DNA of 64,000 nucleotides from the human T2T-CHM13v2.0 reference genome, Homo sapiens: assembly GCF_009914755.1 (NCBI RefSeq), contig NC_060947.1; one strand, written 5' to 3'. The notes beneath the pieces are model-generated. The model was not told the origin of the DNA. It did no database searches and was given only the letters and a program-made list of their open reading frames with translations. The position numbers and the translations under genes were made by a program. Shown one piece after another: positions 30,740 through 43,603 of the stretch. Every line of letters starts with the position of its first letter. Position 1 is the first letter of the stretch.

Positions 30740-31237
30740 ATCTATAGCTGAGGGTTTTTTTTTTTTTAAAAAAATCAAAAGTTAAAGTACACAAAGTATG
30801 TGATGCATCTTAATTTTCACTAATTTTTCACCAAAAGTTAGCATTTATGTTCATTATGAATGTAGGCAACAACAAAGTAATATTACCCATACCCGTAACT
30901 TTGTCACCAATAGAAATGATGACGGATATTTTATATCAAACTAATATTCCTATAGTTATCTCAAAATGTTATTTACTCTCATCATTACTTCAAAATTATA
31001 GTGGTTACTAGTCCTGCCACTAGATCTTATCACTTAATGCATTAATTAACCACAGGTATTATTCTATCATGATATTGTTTTCATATTTTGATAACTGTAT
31101 TTCAATATAATTGGCTTTCCTTACAATCCTATGTACTTTTTAATCTATTTAAAAACAATATTCTGAGAAGGGGTCCAGAGATACCATCAGACTGCTAAAG
31201 GAGACTACTATGTCACAAAATGACTATGAACCCTTGT
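30740..31237. mobile_element. hAT-Charlie fossil (MER113/Charlie4-like)
   Basis: TTCTGAGAAGGGGTCCA...CAGACTGCTAAAGG...GAACCCTTG terminal segment. Confidence 0.55.
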
Positions 31238-32542
31238 TAAACAGGTTTTAAGAGTGAGGTTTTATCAATGAAGAGAAGAATTTTCAAATGCCAAAAGCTT
31301 CCCTTATATATTCTAAGCAAAGCACAGGGTTTTACTCTAAGCCATGAGAGAAAAGAACTTAGTCAAAGATGCAAAGGAAGTTCCCACCTGCCTAGGGAGT
31401 AAAGACCACTTTTAGGATCTGGGATATGGAACTGTGGAAGAAAGAAGAAAATGAGAGGGGCAAGTAGACAGATACCAGACGGGCCTGATAAAAACCACAC
31501 AAGCAGTGAGGCATGTTCCTCACAGACTAGGAAGAAGTGATGCCTCCTTGGAGAAGTCCTGCATTCATCCTGGTGTTGAAGCAATCTGACACATCCAGGT
31601 GGTAAAACAGCAATAGGGGAGGGAGTTATCTAAGAGCATGAATCTGATGTAGCCCTTCTGTTTCTTCATAGCCTGCCTCTGGCATGTGGAAAATCCAGAG
31701 CTTGAAGGAGTAGAAAGGACCAGTGGGTCACTAGAAGCCTAGGTTTGGAATAACAAAACTACAAAATCAGGGAGCTTTGCAACCAGAAACAAATAGCTAA
31801 AACCAGAGATTTCAACAACAGGTGCAACCAATGAAGCCCCTAAAAGACTGAAGGGACCTACTGCACATCACTCTTTATGTAGCTGTAAGGATTGTTCCAA
31901 ACCAGCCCCTCCATAGCAGAGAATAGTGAGCATCCAGAAAAATTAGCATGGATCCAAGGCTCCATCCTCTGTAACCCCACTTCCCCCAGGTACATTATTT
32001 TATAGGAGGGGAAATGAAGTTAAAACATGAAAGACTCAACATTTATCCAAAAAGGCAGCTCTTTCCTTTGGCACAATGAATTATGTGTCTGCACTCCCTC
32101 CCTTCTACTCACATGGGTGGTAAGTTCCTAAGGTAGCTTAGTTCAATTCTAGGTAATATTTTTGCACATCTGAATTGCTGGGTATACATTCCAATCCTGC
32201 TGTACATATTTTTGTGTCATGATGTAAAAGTCAGTTCAGATTCAAGAGGAAGGCAAAGGGAGAAGTGTTCAGTTCCATGAGAATGTGCATGGTGAGATAG
32301 GTGTGTCAGAAAAGGCAGTACTGAGGAGAGAATGCTTGAGATGAGCCTTGAAAGATGAATATGTTCTCTGGAGGCAGTCAGGTACTTTACTTGCAAAATC
32401 AACCTTCTTAGTCAAGAAAGTAACTGTTTACATGACATGATTTGATGGGTATCATAAAGGAAGGACTTCTAATGCCCCCAAAATAGCACCCAGAACACTA
32501 TCACTCAAGATCTATTCTTTTGATCTTGAATGGTTTCTAAAC

Positions 32543-32708
32543 CAGTGCTTCTCAAACTATAAAGTGCATATGAATAACTTGCAGATCTTGGTAAGTTGTG
32601 GGTTCTGATTCAGTAAATCTGGGTTGGGACCTGAGAGTCTGCATTTCTAACAAGCTCCCAGGGGATGCTGGTGCTGCTGGTCCATGGACTACACTTTGAG
32701 TAGCAAGG
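32543..32708. mobile_element. MER5-family hAT-Charlie MITE
   Basis: CAGTGCTTCTCAAACT...TTCTGATTCAGTAAATCTGGG...TGCATTTCTAACAAGCTCCCAGG...CACTTTGAGTAGCAAG. Confidence 0.85.
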
Positions 32709-33769
32709 TACTAGAGTACCTTAATATGTGTAGCTAATAATAGCTAACATTTACTGTGCTTTTATTATATGGCAGGCATTGTACAAAGCCCTTCAAACAC
32801 TATCACCTCACTTGATCCTCACCACAACCCTATGAGGAAACAGAATTTACAGTAATCAATTTCAAAAATTTTTCAATAATTTGCAGGTCACTGCTGAGGT
32901 GAACCTGGGATGGAATACTGGCCACCCACCTGTCTTAGACCCTAACACTTAGCTATCACATCCCAGAAGGTGTAACAACTTACAGTGACAGTTTTTGTTT
33001 CACTTTGGTGTTTTTTTCTAAAGAAGCTAGATCTTTTTATGGCAGCCAGCATGTATAGCAGATATAAATATTATTGATTTGGTTAACAGGGCTAAGAAAG
33101 CCAAAGCCCAGTTGCTCAGCCACCCACTCATCTCCCATTGTGGCCTTCAAAGCACCACCTCAGACCCCTGGGGCTCTAGTTTACAACCTAGTGATTTGAA
33201 ATCTTATGAGTTACCCTTCCTGGGGAGATTAGTGGACAATTCATCGAGAGTCAACTCAGGGTCTGGATGGAGTTGCAATAAGGGGCACTGGAAACAGAGA
33301 GGGCACCAAAAGGAGAGAGGGGCTGTTACAAACACAGTCACATCCCTGTTTGCTCAGAATTTGTTCTATCTTGGTAATGTCTTCTCTGAAGCTTGTCTGA
33401 GTTTACCTGGCTTCTCCATTTCTCCCCACCATTGGCTTGTGCCCCTGAGCCCAAGAACAGAAATGGCTTCCTGGTTTACACCTCCTAGAATCTCAGCTAA
33501 TTGCTATCCCAAAGCCCTGGCAACCAGGGCTTATGCCCTCCTGGGTCAAGCTTTAGAGCATCTAGTCCCAGGGTTTTAAAACTTTGCTCTGTGAAATGTG
33601 GAGCTCCTCTAGACCCTTCAGTCACACTACTGGGTGGATGAGAGTAGGAAGGATGAGTAGAGGGGGTTGACAAGGACAAGCGATTTATCCATCACAGAAG
33701 CAGATAATCTGAGAGCCTAAAGAGTTGGGAGTTCCAAAACTGCTGATTTTTGTTTCTGATACAGACCAT

Positions 33770-34870
33770 TGTTGCAGGAAGTCAGGGACCCTGAACAGAG
33801 GGACTGGCTGGAGCCGCAGCAGAGGAACAAAAATTGTGAAGATTTCATGGACATGTATCAGTTCCCAAAATTAATACTTTTATAATTTCTTATGCCTGTC
33901 TTTACTGCAATCTCTGAACATAAATTGTGAAGATTTCATGGACATTTATCAGTTCCCAAATAATATTCTTATAATTTCTTATGCCTGTCTTTACTTTAAT
34001 CTCTTAATCCTGTTATCTTCATAAGCTGAGAATGTACATCACCTCAGGACCACTATTGTACAAATTTATTGTAAAACATGTGTGTTTGAACAATATGAAA
34101 TCAGTGTACCTTGAAAAAGAACAGAGTTAACAGCGATTTTCAGGGAACAAGGAAAGACAACCATAAGGTCTGACTGCCTGCGGGGTCGGGCGGAATAGAG
34201 CCATATTTTTCTTCTTGCAGAGAGCCTATAAATGGATGTGCAAGTAGGAGAGATATCGCTGAATTCTTTCCACAGTAAGGAATATTAATAATTAATATCC
34301 TGTGGAAGGAACGCATTCCTGGTGGGAGGTCTATAAATGGCCGCCCTGGGAGTGTCTATGTTATGCGGTTGAGATAAGGACTGAAATACGCCCTGGTCTC
34401 CTGCAGTACCCTCAGGCTTATTAGGGTAGGGAAAAGATCCTGCCCTGGTAAATTTGAGGTCAGACTAGTTCTCTGCTCTCAAACCCTGTTTTCTGTTGTT
34501 TAAGATGTGTATCAAGACAATACGTGCACAGCCGAACATAGACCCTCATCAGTAATTCTAATTTTGCCCTTTGCCTTGTGATCTTTGCTTTGCCTTTGTC
34601 TTGTGATCTTTGTTGCCCTTTAAAGCATGTGATCTTTGTGACCTACTCCCTGTTCATACACCCCTTCCCCTTTTGAAATCCCTAATAAAAACTTGCTGGT
34701 TTTGTGGTTCAGGAGACATCACGGACCTACCGATATGTGATGTCAACCCTGGCAGCCCAGCTGTAAAATTCCTCTCTTTGTACTCTTTCTCTTTATTTCT
34801 TAGAATGGCCGACACTTAGGGAAAATAGAAAGAACCTACATTGAAATGTTGGGGATGGGTTCCCCCAGTA
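33770..34870 (+). mobile_element. MER11 (HERV-K11/HML-8) solo LTR
   Basis: TGTTGCAGGAAGTCAGGGACC start, TATAAA boxes, AATAAA near 34685, perfect 6-bp TSD GACCAT at 33764-33769 and 34871-34876. Confidence 0.93.
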
Positions 34871-35089
34871 GACCATCCTGATATAGGCATTCTGAGTCCT
34901 CCTCTGCTAACTGTGACCTGATTAATGCTGTGTCTCTTGGTTTCCAATGTGGGCTATGGAATGCTTCCCACTGCTTACCTGTCCCCAGTCATCTCTCCTT
35001 CTGAAGTCAGGGGAGACTTTCTGCCATGAGTCTCAACAGATTCTGAAAATAAACACTAGATAACTGTTTTAAATGCATTTCAACCCTAG

Positions 35090-35395
35090 GATTGTCTCTG
35101 ATTATGTTCTCATCTCATTCAGCTATCTCTTTCAAATGTCATCTCCTTGGAGGCTTCCTTGATCATCCTATCTAAAGAAACACTCCCATGCCCTGATTTG
35201 CTTTCTCATAGCACTTATCACTACTTGACTTTGAATTATATTTACTGTCTCTCTCCCCACTAAAATGTAAACTCCAGCTCACTACTGTTTCCTGCAAAAT
35301 GTAAATTATTGCCTGAGACATAATGGATGCTCAATAAACATATGTTCAATGAATGGATAGATGGATGGATGGATGGATGGATGGATGATTGAATG
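35090..35395 (+). repeat. L2 3' end with (GGAT)n microsatellite (about 35353-35388)
   Basis: GCTCAATAAACATATGTTCAATGAATG followed by GGAT repeats. Confidence 0.75.
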
Positions 35396-36847
35396 AATCC
35401 AACTCACACTTAACCATAGACTTATTGATTAGATCTGTGGAGCTTTGCTTTTCACAGGAGGCATATAACATGAGTTACACATTCCCTAGAATGTAGCAGT
35501 GGCTTAATAACTAACTGAATGAAAGAGAGAAATGCCTATAAGGAGAGGAGCTTTGCTTAAACTAATGATTTTTGCACTTGTGAGGGCATTGTGAACACCC
35601 ACCCTAGGAGGGTATAATATCACAATCAGAACCATTTAAAAAGCACTAAGGCACTTTCTAGTATTAAAAATGTGTTGTTCAAATTTTAAAATGATTTATA
35701 AATTTAAAATATTATAAAGGGAAAATGTGAAAAAGGAAGATTGTTTTCATGATAAAAACTACAAAAAGGACATGAGCTTTTTGTTCATCAAAAGCTCAGC
35801 ATATCCTATAATGATTGCAGGCAACACTGGACTGGCAGTCTCTAGGGGCACCTCTCACTTGAAAATTCTGTGATTCTAAGCCTAGGCACATCTCATGGCA
35901 TATGATCCTGCTGTACAACATCTCTTTCCTAAGGAGTGCCTCTCACGAAGAAGATGTTGCTCAAATTGTTTTCCCCATAGGAAAAAATAAAAATAAAAAA
36001 TTACCAAACCACAACTGACCTGTGGTTAAAGCAGTCTTGAATGAATATTAACAAGAAGACGATGAAACAAAGACAAATTTTCCCTCTCCTTCCCTCCCCC
36101 ATGCTGATCACATTCCATTTTTCAAGACAATGGCAGCTATCCAGCAGCGTTTAATTTATGCAAATCCACAGCAGCTCATAGGTGGAACTGACATAGCAAG
36201 GGGCCACAGAAGGCAGACCTTGATGTTCTAATTGAGATTCTATCCTCGGATGGCTGTGGAGAATGTAAAATACCTCATATATAATCTGGGCTGCTTCCAC
36301 TAGTGTCCAAACTTGCTGCCAGATGAGGGGAATCAGACACTGGCAGGCTTTGACTCTTAAAAATGACTGTTTAAAATTACACAAATAATACCTGGTCATT
36401 GAGGGAAAAAAGTAGAGTATAAATAAATCAAGAAGTCATAAAAATGATCAAAAACTCAGGGATAGCTACTGTTAATATCAATATTCTAGACCTTTTTCCA
36501 AGCATATATATACATGTATTTTTCAAATCTTGAAATTATAATGTACTTTTTTTCACTTAGCAATATATTATAAAGATTCTTTCAAGACATGCAGGTCTAC
36601 GTTATAGTTGCAGTGAACAGACAGTGAATATGTAATTATTGGGATAATTATTCTAAAAGTGGGATTCTAGGGTCAAGGAGTATGTTCATTTTAAGATTTA
36701 TGATATTACCTTTTCCTGACAACGTTTAGTATTATCATACAAAAATAACAATAATTATTATTACTACTATGAGCAGCAATTATTGAGATCTTACAATATG
36801 CCAAACATTATTTTAAGCATTTTATACATATTATCTCCATTTAATCC

Positions 36848-37619
36848 TGTAAACTAAAAATAAAATTGTAAGCCCCCCAACAAATGAACAGATGCCTTCT
36901 TGGTCAAGGGGACCCCAGAGAAATCTGAAAAATTGAGTTTTTGATTATGATGGGAAGGAAGGTCAAACACACCTCGTTATAACCCTCCCTTTTGGAGTCT
37001 AGGCACAACTGAGCAGTATTAATGTTAAAATGGAGATGATAAGACTGACAAGACAGAGTCTTCGTGGCAATAAGATACTTAATTATAAACAAGACCTAAG
37101 GCCATGCAAGGGAAGAGTTAAGTCAGACTTGCCAGCTATCAATCTTACTAGATAGCATTTTTATCTTAACTTAAAACATTTCTATCTGCTGACTCCAAGT
37201 TTTAGACAGAGCCTTACTCCTTTAACCAACTGCAAATTAAAGAATCTCTGAATCCACCTATAATCTGTAAGCCCCCACTTCAAGACAGCCCCATCATTCT
37301 AAGCCTGTGCACATCCTATGGCATGTGATCCCACTGTACAACATCTCTTTCCTAAGGAGTGCCTCTCAGAAAAGAAAATGCTGCTCGAATTGTTTTCCCC
37401 ATAGAGCCAAACCAATATATACCTTCCATGTATTCATTTATGTCTTTGCCTATAACTCCTTCCTCCCTAAAATTTATAAAACCAAACTGTAATCTGACCA
37501 ATTAGGGACTGCTTACTCAAGGCTTCTCCGGTCTGTGTTTTCCTCCGGGCCATGAGCACTCATATTGCCTCAGAATTTACTTCTAAAATACTTTTCAGAG
37601 TTTGTTTTTTCCGTTAACA
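36848..37619 (+). mobile_element. ERV1 MER4-group solo LTR (subfamily uncertain) inserted in a MIR
   Basis: TGTAAACTAAAAATAAAATTGTAAGCCCCCC...TTAACA; 4-bp TSD ATCC/ATCT; the MIR halves ...TTTAATCC and TCACCACAATTCTATG join across it. Confidence 0.85.
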
Positions 37620-38635
37620 ATCTTCACCACAATTCTATGTGATAGGTACTATAATGCCCATTTTACAGATGGGGAAACCAGGTAGAGAGATGTTAAGTAA
37701 CTTGATTAAAAGTTACACAGCTAGCAAGTACCAGAGTCCAGAATATAACTCAGAAAGACAGTAGCCTAAAATCTCAACAACCATACTGCCATTGCCAACT
37801 TGATAATGAAAACAATCAACTTTAAGCTTTTAAGGTCTAGCCCATAGCCTGAATTATAGTTATTTCCCAATGTTTTCATAATTTATCCTCTTCCTGACAT
37901 CCATCTTCTTTGATTCTTCAAAGCAAGCACTTTATCCAAAGAGTTTGCCACTGGATTCTTAGCCCAAAAAGACAAAATACCAAATGTAAACTTCTAATTT
38001 TTTTAAACAAAAGTGCTATGAAAAGCATTGTGAAGGAAAGCCATTTCCAATGGCTGGCAACAATCTAGAGGAAACGCATTCTAATTTGGACAACATGTCT
38101 CTTATTTACCAAAAACGTCCTCCATGGAAATGAGTCTTACCTGAATCTCCAAGCTAACTTTGCATTCAATTTTAATTGCAAATGTTTGCAAGCAGGTGTG
38201 ATTGGGGGTTCACTGGTTTTGAGGTTACCCTGTTACCTGTAGCTTTTACCCGTTAGGGTGGTGATTCCTTATGGGTACTATCTTTCCTTCCACTTTTACC
38301 TCTGAAGCAGCTTGAGCTTCAGCTCTTTTCAAAAGAGTAGAGAAACTAAGCATGCTTGACCTGGGTTTGCATCTTGGTTTCACAAATACAAACCATGTGA
38401 CCTCGAGTAAGTTACTTAACAGCTGTATGGCTTATCCAGTTCATTTATAAGATGGGGGTGATAAAATCACACCCAATTCACTGGTATTTTGTAAAATGGG
38501 TTTCTATGAAGATTGAACGAGTTTATGTAAAGTGCTTAGGAGAATGCCTGACACATAGTAAGTATTGGCTGTTAATATTGTTGTTACCATTATTATTATT
38601 AAAGCACTGCAAGGCCTACTTTAAAGAGACTTATA

Positions 38636-39325
38636 AAATGTTGGTGAGGATGTGGAGAAAGTGGAACCTTCATACATTGCTGATGGAAATGTAAAATGGC
38701 ACAGCCACTGTGGGAAAACCATTTGTTGGTATTTCAGTAAGTTGAGCATAGAATTACCATAGGACCCAGCAATACCACTCCTAGGTATATACTCAAAAGA
38801 ATTATAAACAGATGTTCAAAGGCTTGTACACAAATGTTCACAGTAGCATTATTCACAAAAGTAGAAACAACCCAAATATCTACCAACTGAAGAATGCATA
38901 AATAAAATGTGGCATATCCATACAATGAAATTTTAGTTGGCCATAAAAAGGAACGAAGTACTGAAACATATTATAATACAACATAGACAAACCTTGAAAA
39001 CATTATGCTAAGTAAAAGAAGCCAGTCACAAAAGATGATATATTGCATGATTCCATTTATGTGAAATGTCCAGAATAGATATATCCATAGAAACAGAAAG
39101 TAGATTAGTGTTTTCCTGGGTCTGGAGCAGGGAGAGAGGAAGAACAAGAATGGGATGACTACTAATGCTTATGCAGTTTCTTTTTGGAGATGATGAAAGT
39201 GTTCTAAAATTAAACTGTGGTGATGGTTGCATAACTTGGTGAATATGTTTTAAAAACCCTATTGGATTATATAATTAGAATGGGTTAATTTTATGGCATA
39301 TATCTTATAGCTCAGTAATGTTGTT
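38636..39325 (+). mobile_element. L1MB-like 3' end
   Basis: TGTTGGTGAGGATGTGGAGAAA...; AACCTTGAAAACATTATGCTAAGT; GATGATGAAAGTGTTCTAAAATT. Confidence 0.85.
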
Positions 39326-41010
39326 TTTGTAAAAGCTTATATACATAAAAGGGGTTAAGTTCCCCTCACACCACTTTGCCAGCAGTTTAGTCTTTTTGTG
39401 GTCTTAAGTAGATGACAATCAGATCAAAGATCAGTCCCTCTCCTGAGTCGTATTAACCAGATTGCACCATGGCCCTCTAGGACCTTTGTAATCAAGTTGT
39501 CTGTTTTGAGTCTTACTACAGTCGTGGGAATGCTCATTGTCCTGTGGTCTGCCACATTCAGGATAATTTCATGCTGCAAATGAACCATGTTGGAGAGCAA
39601 AAACCCTGTCTATTCTATTTTCCATTGTATCCACAGTGGCTGTATGGCACATATTAGGTGCTCAATAAATATATGATGAATGAATAAATTGATGGATAAA
39701 TAGACAGCAGAATGAGTTGTGGCAAGACTTTGTAACTAGAAAGACTTGAAAATTTGAATCTCATGTCCACTACTTACTAGATATGCAACATCCAGCAAAT
39801 CACTTAAATTCTCTCAAACCCAATTTCTTGTAAAATAGGGAAAATAATACCTCCTTCATAAGCAGTAAGTTTTAACTGAGGTAATACATGCTATGTGATA
39901 ACTCAATAAATGTTAGTTTCCTTCCCTTTTCTTCCACCAATTAAAGAAGCCCTGAGGCACTGCAGCATTAACTACTGATAAATAGCTTTATGTTAAGTCC
40001 TGAGGTGGCAGTAAACATGAGCATTGACACTTTCCTAAGCACAAACTTAATGTCATGTGATATCTGTCCTCAATCGTGGAAGCTGGCAGTGAAATTTGAG
40101 CCCATAAAATGCCAGAATTGCGAGGGCTCTTAGTAAGAGATCATCTAGTTCAAGCACTATACTTGACAGAGAATTCTCAAATGCCACAACATTAGTGGGC
40201 CATTTGGAGACTCTGGCTTAATAAAAATGAGTAGGCAAAGAAGTAGCTGGCAAGGTGAATGGCAGACATCTGAGGGACCATTAGTGAGAAATTCCAGGAG
40301 TGATTTATTGTCCTCACCCCTGAAAAAGTCCCCTGTGATATTTGACAGCTTAATCACCATGTGTGTATTTATACAGGGTGAGGCAAAGGTCACTGTACAA
40401 GAGAGAACCACTAGAGGAACAGGTGTTGATCTTCAACCTTCTAAATATATTAGTCAAAGCTGAATGTCTGCAGCAGGGAAAAAAAACAGCATATCTATAC
40501 AAGATCCTGCTTACACTTCAATTTTAAATTTTAAATTTGAAAAAGGACCAAATTTTAGTTTTATCATTCAATTTTGGACCTCATTTTCATATGAAGAAAC
40601 TATCTAAATTTGGTTCCCTGGTGTCCAGTGAAAGGTGGGATACAACTAAAAGAGATAAATAATATCTTTATTATTAAGGTCCCAAATGGAGAATCAAAAT
40701 GATAGCTAATGAAAGAAATAATTGGCTCATTTGGAAAGTAAATAAAAAATAATTAATTTACTAACTTGTTTTCCATAGTTAACTTCAAGTGTGACAGATA
40801 TGTCTATTTTTATTGTATGGATAAAGTGTATGTCACAGAGTCTGTCTCTTTATTTATAAAATGCACAGAAGCATCAAGGATGATATTGGAAACCTAAGAG
40901 GAAAAACAACACTGGGAGGCAGTAGAGCCTAGTGGTTAGGAGCAAAGGCTTGTTATTCAGTCAAGATCAAAGTCCAGGTTGATGTAGGAAATAATCAAAC
41001 ATCCCATTGA

Positions 41011-41016
41011 CATACA

Positions 41017-41047
<31 letters not shown>

Positions 41048-41048
41048 C
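41011..41048. repeat. (CA)n microsatellite
   Basis: Direct reading of the sequence. Confidence 0.95.
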
Positions 41049-42182
41049 ACAAACTCACACATTCCAGATACATAGAAATGCCTAATATTTAAAGTATAAG
41101 TATAGAGTCACACTTGAAAGTAAGAAAAGAAATCTCCAAGTGCCAGAAATAAAGAAAATACCCCAAATGGTATTTATTTTTTATGATTCATGACTCAAAG
41201 AGATAAGTGGACCAGATATAGTTCTTAGGGTCTGTAATTTTAATGCTTAAAAGAGGATGGGAATCAGAGTCCCAAGATCTGTATATGGCACAGTTAGAAC
41301 AGGTATACCTGTGGAAGGATTGAGGAAAATGGAAAGGGTGTGTCTATTGAAAAAAAAAATCAAATCACTGGCCTAACGACAGCAATTATGTGGTCCTTGC
41401 TCCAAGTCACAGGTGGAAACAAAGTCAATCTAAAAAAGCAATGCTTCCAGATGATATGACATGAAGTGAGAAGAAAATAATCACAGAAAAAACATGGCAA
41501 CCAGAAAATACAGAATAACATATGTTGCAATATATGTAAATGAATTAAAAACAACTTTTTTGAAGAAAGAGACATTGAGATTAGGTGTGAAAATTTCCAC
41601 TATATGTGATCTACAAGAAAAGTACCTAAAACATGATGACAAAGAACAGTTAAAAGAAAAAGGGGGAGAGCAAAAGATATAACAGGCGAAATAGAATTTA
41701 AGGTGAAAAGCATTAAGACGAAGAAACACATCACTTAATGATTAAAAAATAGCCACCCACTAGGAAAAAGTTGATTTGTATGCATCTGAAAGTAATAGCT
41801 CCAAAATCTATAAAATGAAAGTTAACAAAATTTATATGAGAATAACCAAATCTATAATTATGGTGAGCGATTTTAACACACCTCTTTCAGAAACTAGTAC
41901 ATAAAGTAGACAAAAGTTACTAGGGATATATAAGATGGATAAAACAATAAAATTTAGCTAATAAATAGATACATAAAAACACTGACCAATCTGATAAGGA
42001 CATATACTGTATAATTCCAACTATATGACATTATGGAAAAGGCAAAACTCTGGAGACAGTGAAAAGATCAGTGGTTGCCAGAGGTTTGCGGAAGGGAGGG
42101 ATGAATAAGTGGTACATGGGATTTTTAGGGCAGTGGAACTATTCTGTATAATACTATAGTTGTGGACACATGTCATTATATA

Positions 42183-43603
42183 TGTCAGTTGAGAAAAATG
42201 ATGAAACAAGTCTCAATCACTTTAATAGGTTTATTTGCCAAAGTTAAGGACACACGCCCAGGAGACAGGTCTATGCCTTTCTCCAGAGATGATTTTCAGG
42301 GCTCCAAATTTAAAGGGGAAAGGGCGGGATATTGAGAAGCACACAATTGTTAGGTAAGGGGGGGGGGGTAGGGAAAAATAGTTATTCATGCCTTTGTCTG
42401 GCTCAGGGAATCTGCATTTTTACATAAGATGACATAGACAAAATGAGGCAGGGGAACAATCAGATATGCATTTGTGTCTGGTAGGCAGGGGGTGACTGCA
42501 CCTGTAAAGATAAGCTATCAATTTACATTGCCATGGTGAAATTTTAACAGAAACACCTTAGGGTAAAGATCTTGCAGATCACTAGGAATTTCCTTGTGGG
42601 CAAAATATGGGGGAGATGTGGAGCTTTTCATTTTGTAGTCATCTAATATAGGAACCAAAAGGCAGGCAGGTTTGCATGACCCAGTTCCCAGCTTAACTTT
42701 TCCCTTTGACGTAATGAGTTTGGGGTCCCAAGATTTAATTTTCTTTCTCATTCCCCCCTCCCTTTTTCTTTAAAATCTTTTTGGAGAAAGCATTTTAGAA
42801 GGAATACGGGTTTCTGGCCTCAGGTTGCTTTTTCCTCCTTATTTTGAGCTGGTTTCTCATTGCTAGGATGGCTTATTTCTAGAAGTTCAGGTCCCACATT
42901 GCTAGGAAGGGTCATTGCTAGGCAATAGCATCCCACGTTGCTAGGAAGGCTCATTCCTAGGAAGTCATGTCCCACGAAGATAAAAAAAAATAGGTGGATG
43001 AAAGAAGGAAAAGGAAAGGAATATATATATATATAATATATATATTATATATATTATATTTATATATAACCATATGACTTTAGATATACTCACGGCAGCA
43101 CCGGGGGCCCCTGCACCATCATAAAAACTGAATGTTGTGTTTATATTCCAGATGAATTGAAGAACAAAACACGATTTATGACTGATATGAAAACCCCGAT
43201 AACCAACCTGTCAGATCCCAAACTCTCACTAATCGATTGAGTGGTTGGTTTGGATCCTGGAAAACTTGGTGGCAGAAGCTATTTCTTATAGTAGGAATAA
43301 TAATAATAATTTGTGTTCTGTCCTGTTTCTGCTTACAATGTTATTATGGTATATGCTTGCAAATAAGTCATCATGCAACTGAAAGGGCTAGGGCAATGAT
43401 TGCCCAGAGAATTGCTCTAACCGAGGAGGCAGTAATATAGCCTGACCCAGCTTCCAGGTTTGCTTCCCTCTGATTGCTATAAATCGGGCCTAGGACTATA
43501 TAGGAACCAAAAGTGGGAGGCAGGTTTGCACGAACCAGTTCCCAGCTTAACTTTTCCCTTTGGCTTAATGAGTTTGGGGTTCCCAAGATTTAATTTCTTT
43601 TCA
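42183..43603 (-). mobile_element. Collapsed MER4-group (ERV1) provirus: complete 3' LTR 42183-42750, polypurine tract, short internal piece, about 105 bp of 5' LTR (43497-43603)
   Basis: The two LTR copies share AGGAACCAAAA...GAGTTTGGGG...CCCAAGATTTAATTT; pyrimidine run at 42751-42770 is a PPT on the minus strand; TSD TATA/TATG. Confidence 0.85.
43068..43440 (+). pseudogene. env: Gamma-type retroviral env TM-subunit remnant (frameshifted)
   Basis: Translates across two frameshifts as NHMTLDILTAA (immunosuppressive domain), CTIIKTECCVYIPD (CX6CC), SGWFGSWKTWWQK and a hydrophobic span LFLIVGIIIIICVLSCFC. Confidence 0.88.

Noticed and set aside
33079-33579. 166-aa ORF in non-repeat sequence
   Set aside because: Non-ATG start, no recognisable domain or coding-like composition, no supporting exon structure.
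33830-33995. About 90-bp tandem duplication inside the MER11 LTR
   Set aside because: As I recall, such internal repeats are part of MER11 subfamily consensus structure, so it is not locus-specific.
36270-36370. Possible 82-bp minus-strand exon (TTTTTAAG...GAG/GTATTT)
   Set aside because: Weak splice signals, no recognisable protein, no partner exons; such matches are common by chance.
38322-38337. Short palindrome CTCTTTTCAAAAGAG
   Set aside because: Too short to be significant in AT-rich DNA; no RNA gene context recognised.
43237-43440. env ORF as a possible domesticated syncytin- or suppressyn-like gene
   Set aside because: Only a TM fragment with two frameshifts, no signal peptide or SU, and no ATG start.
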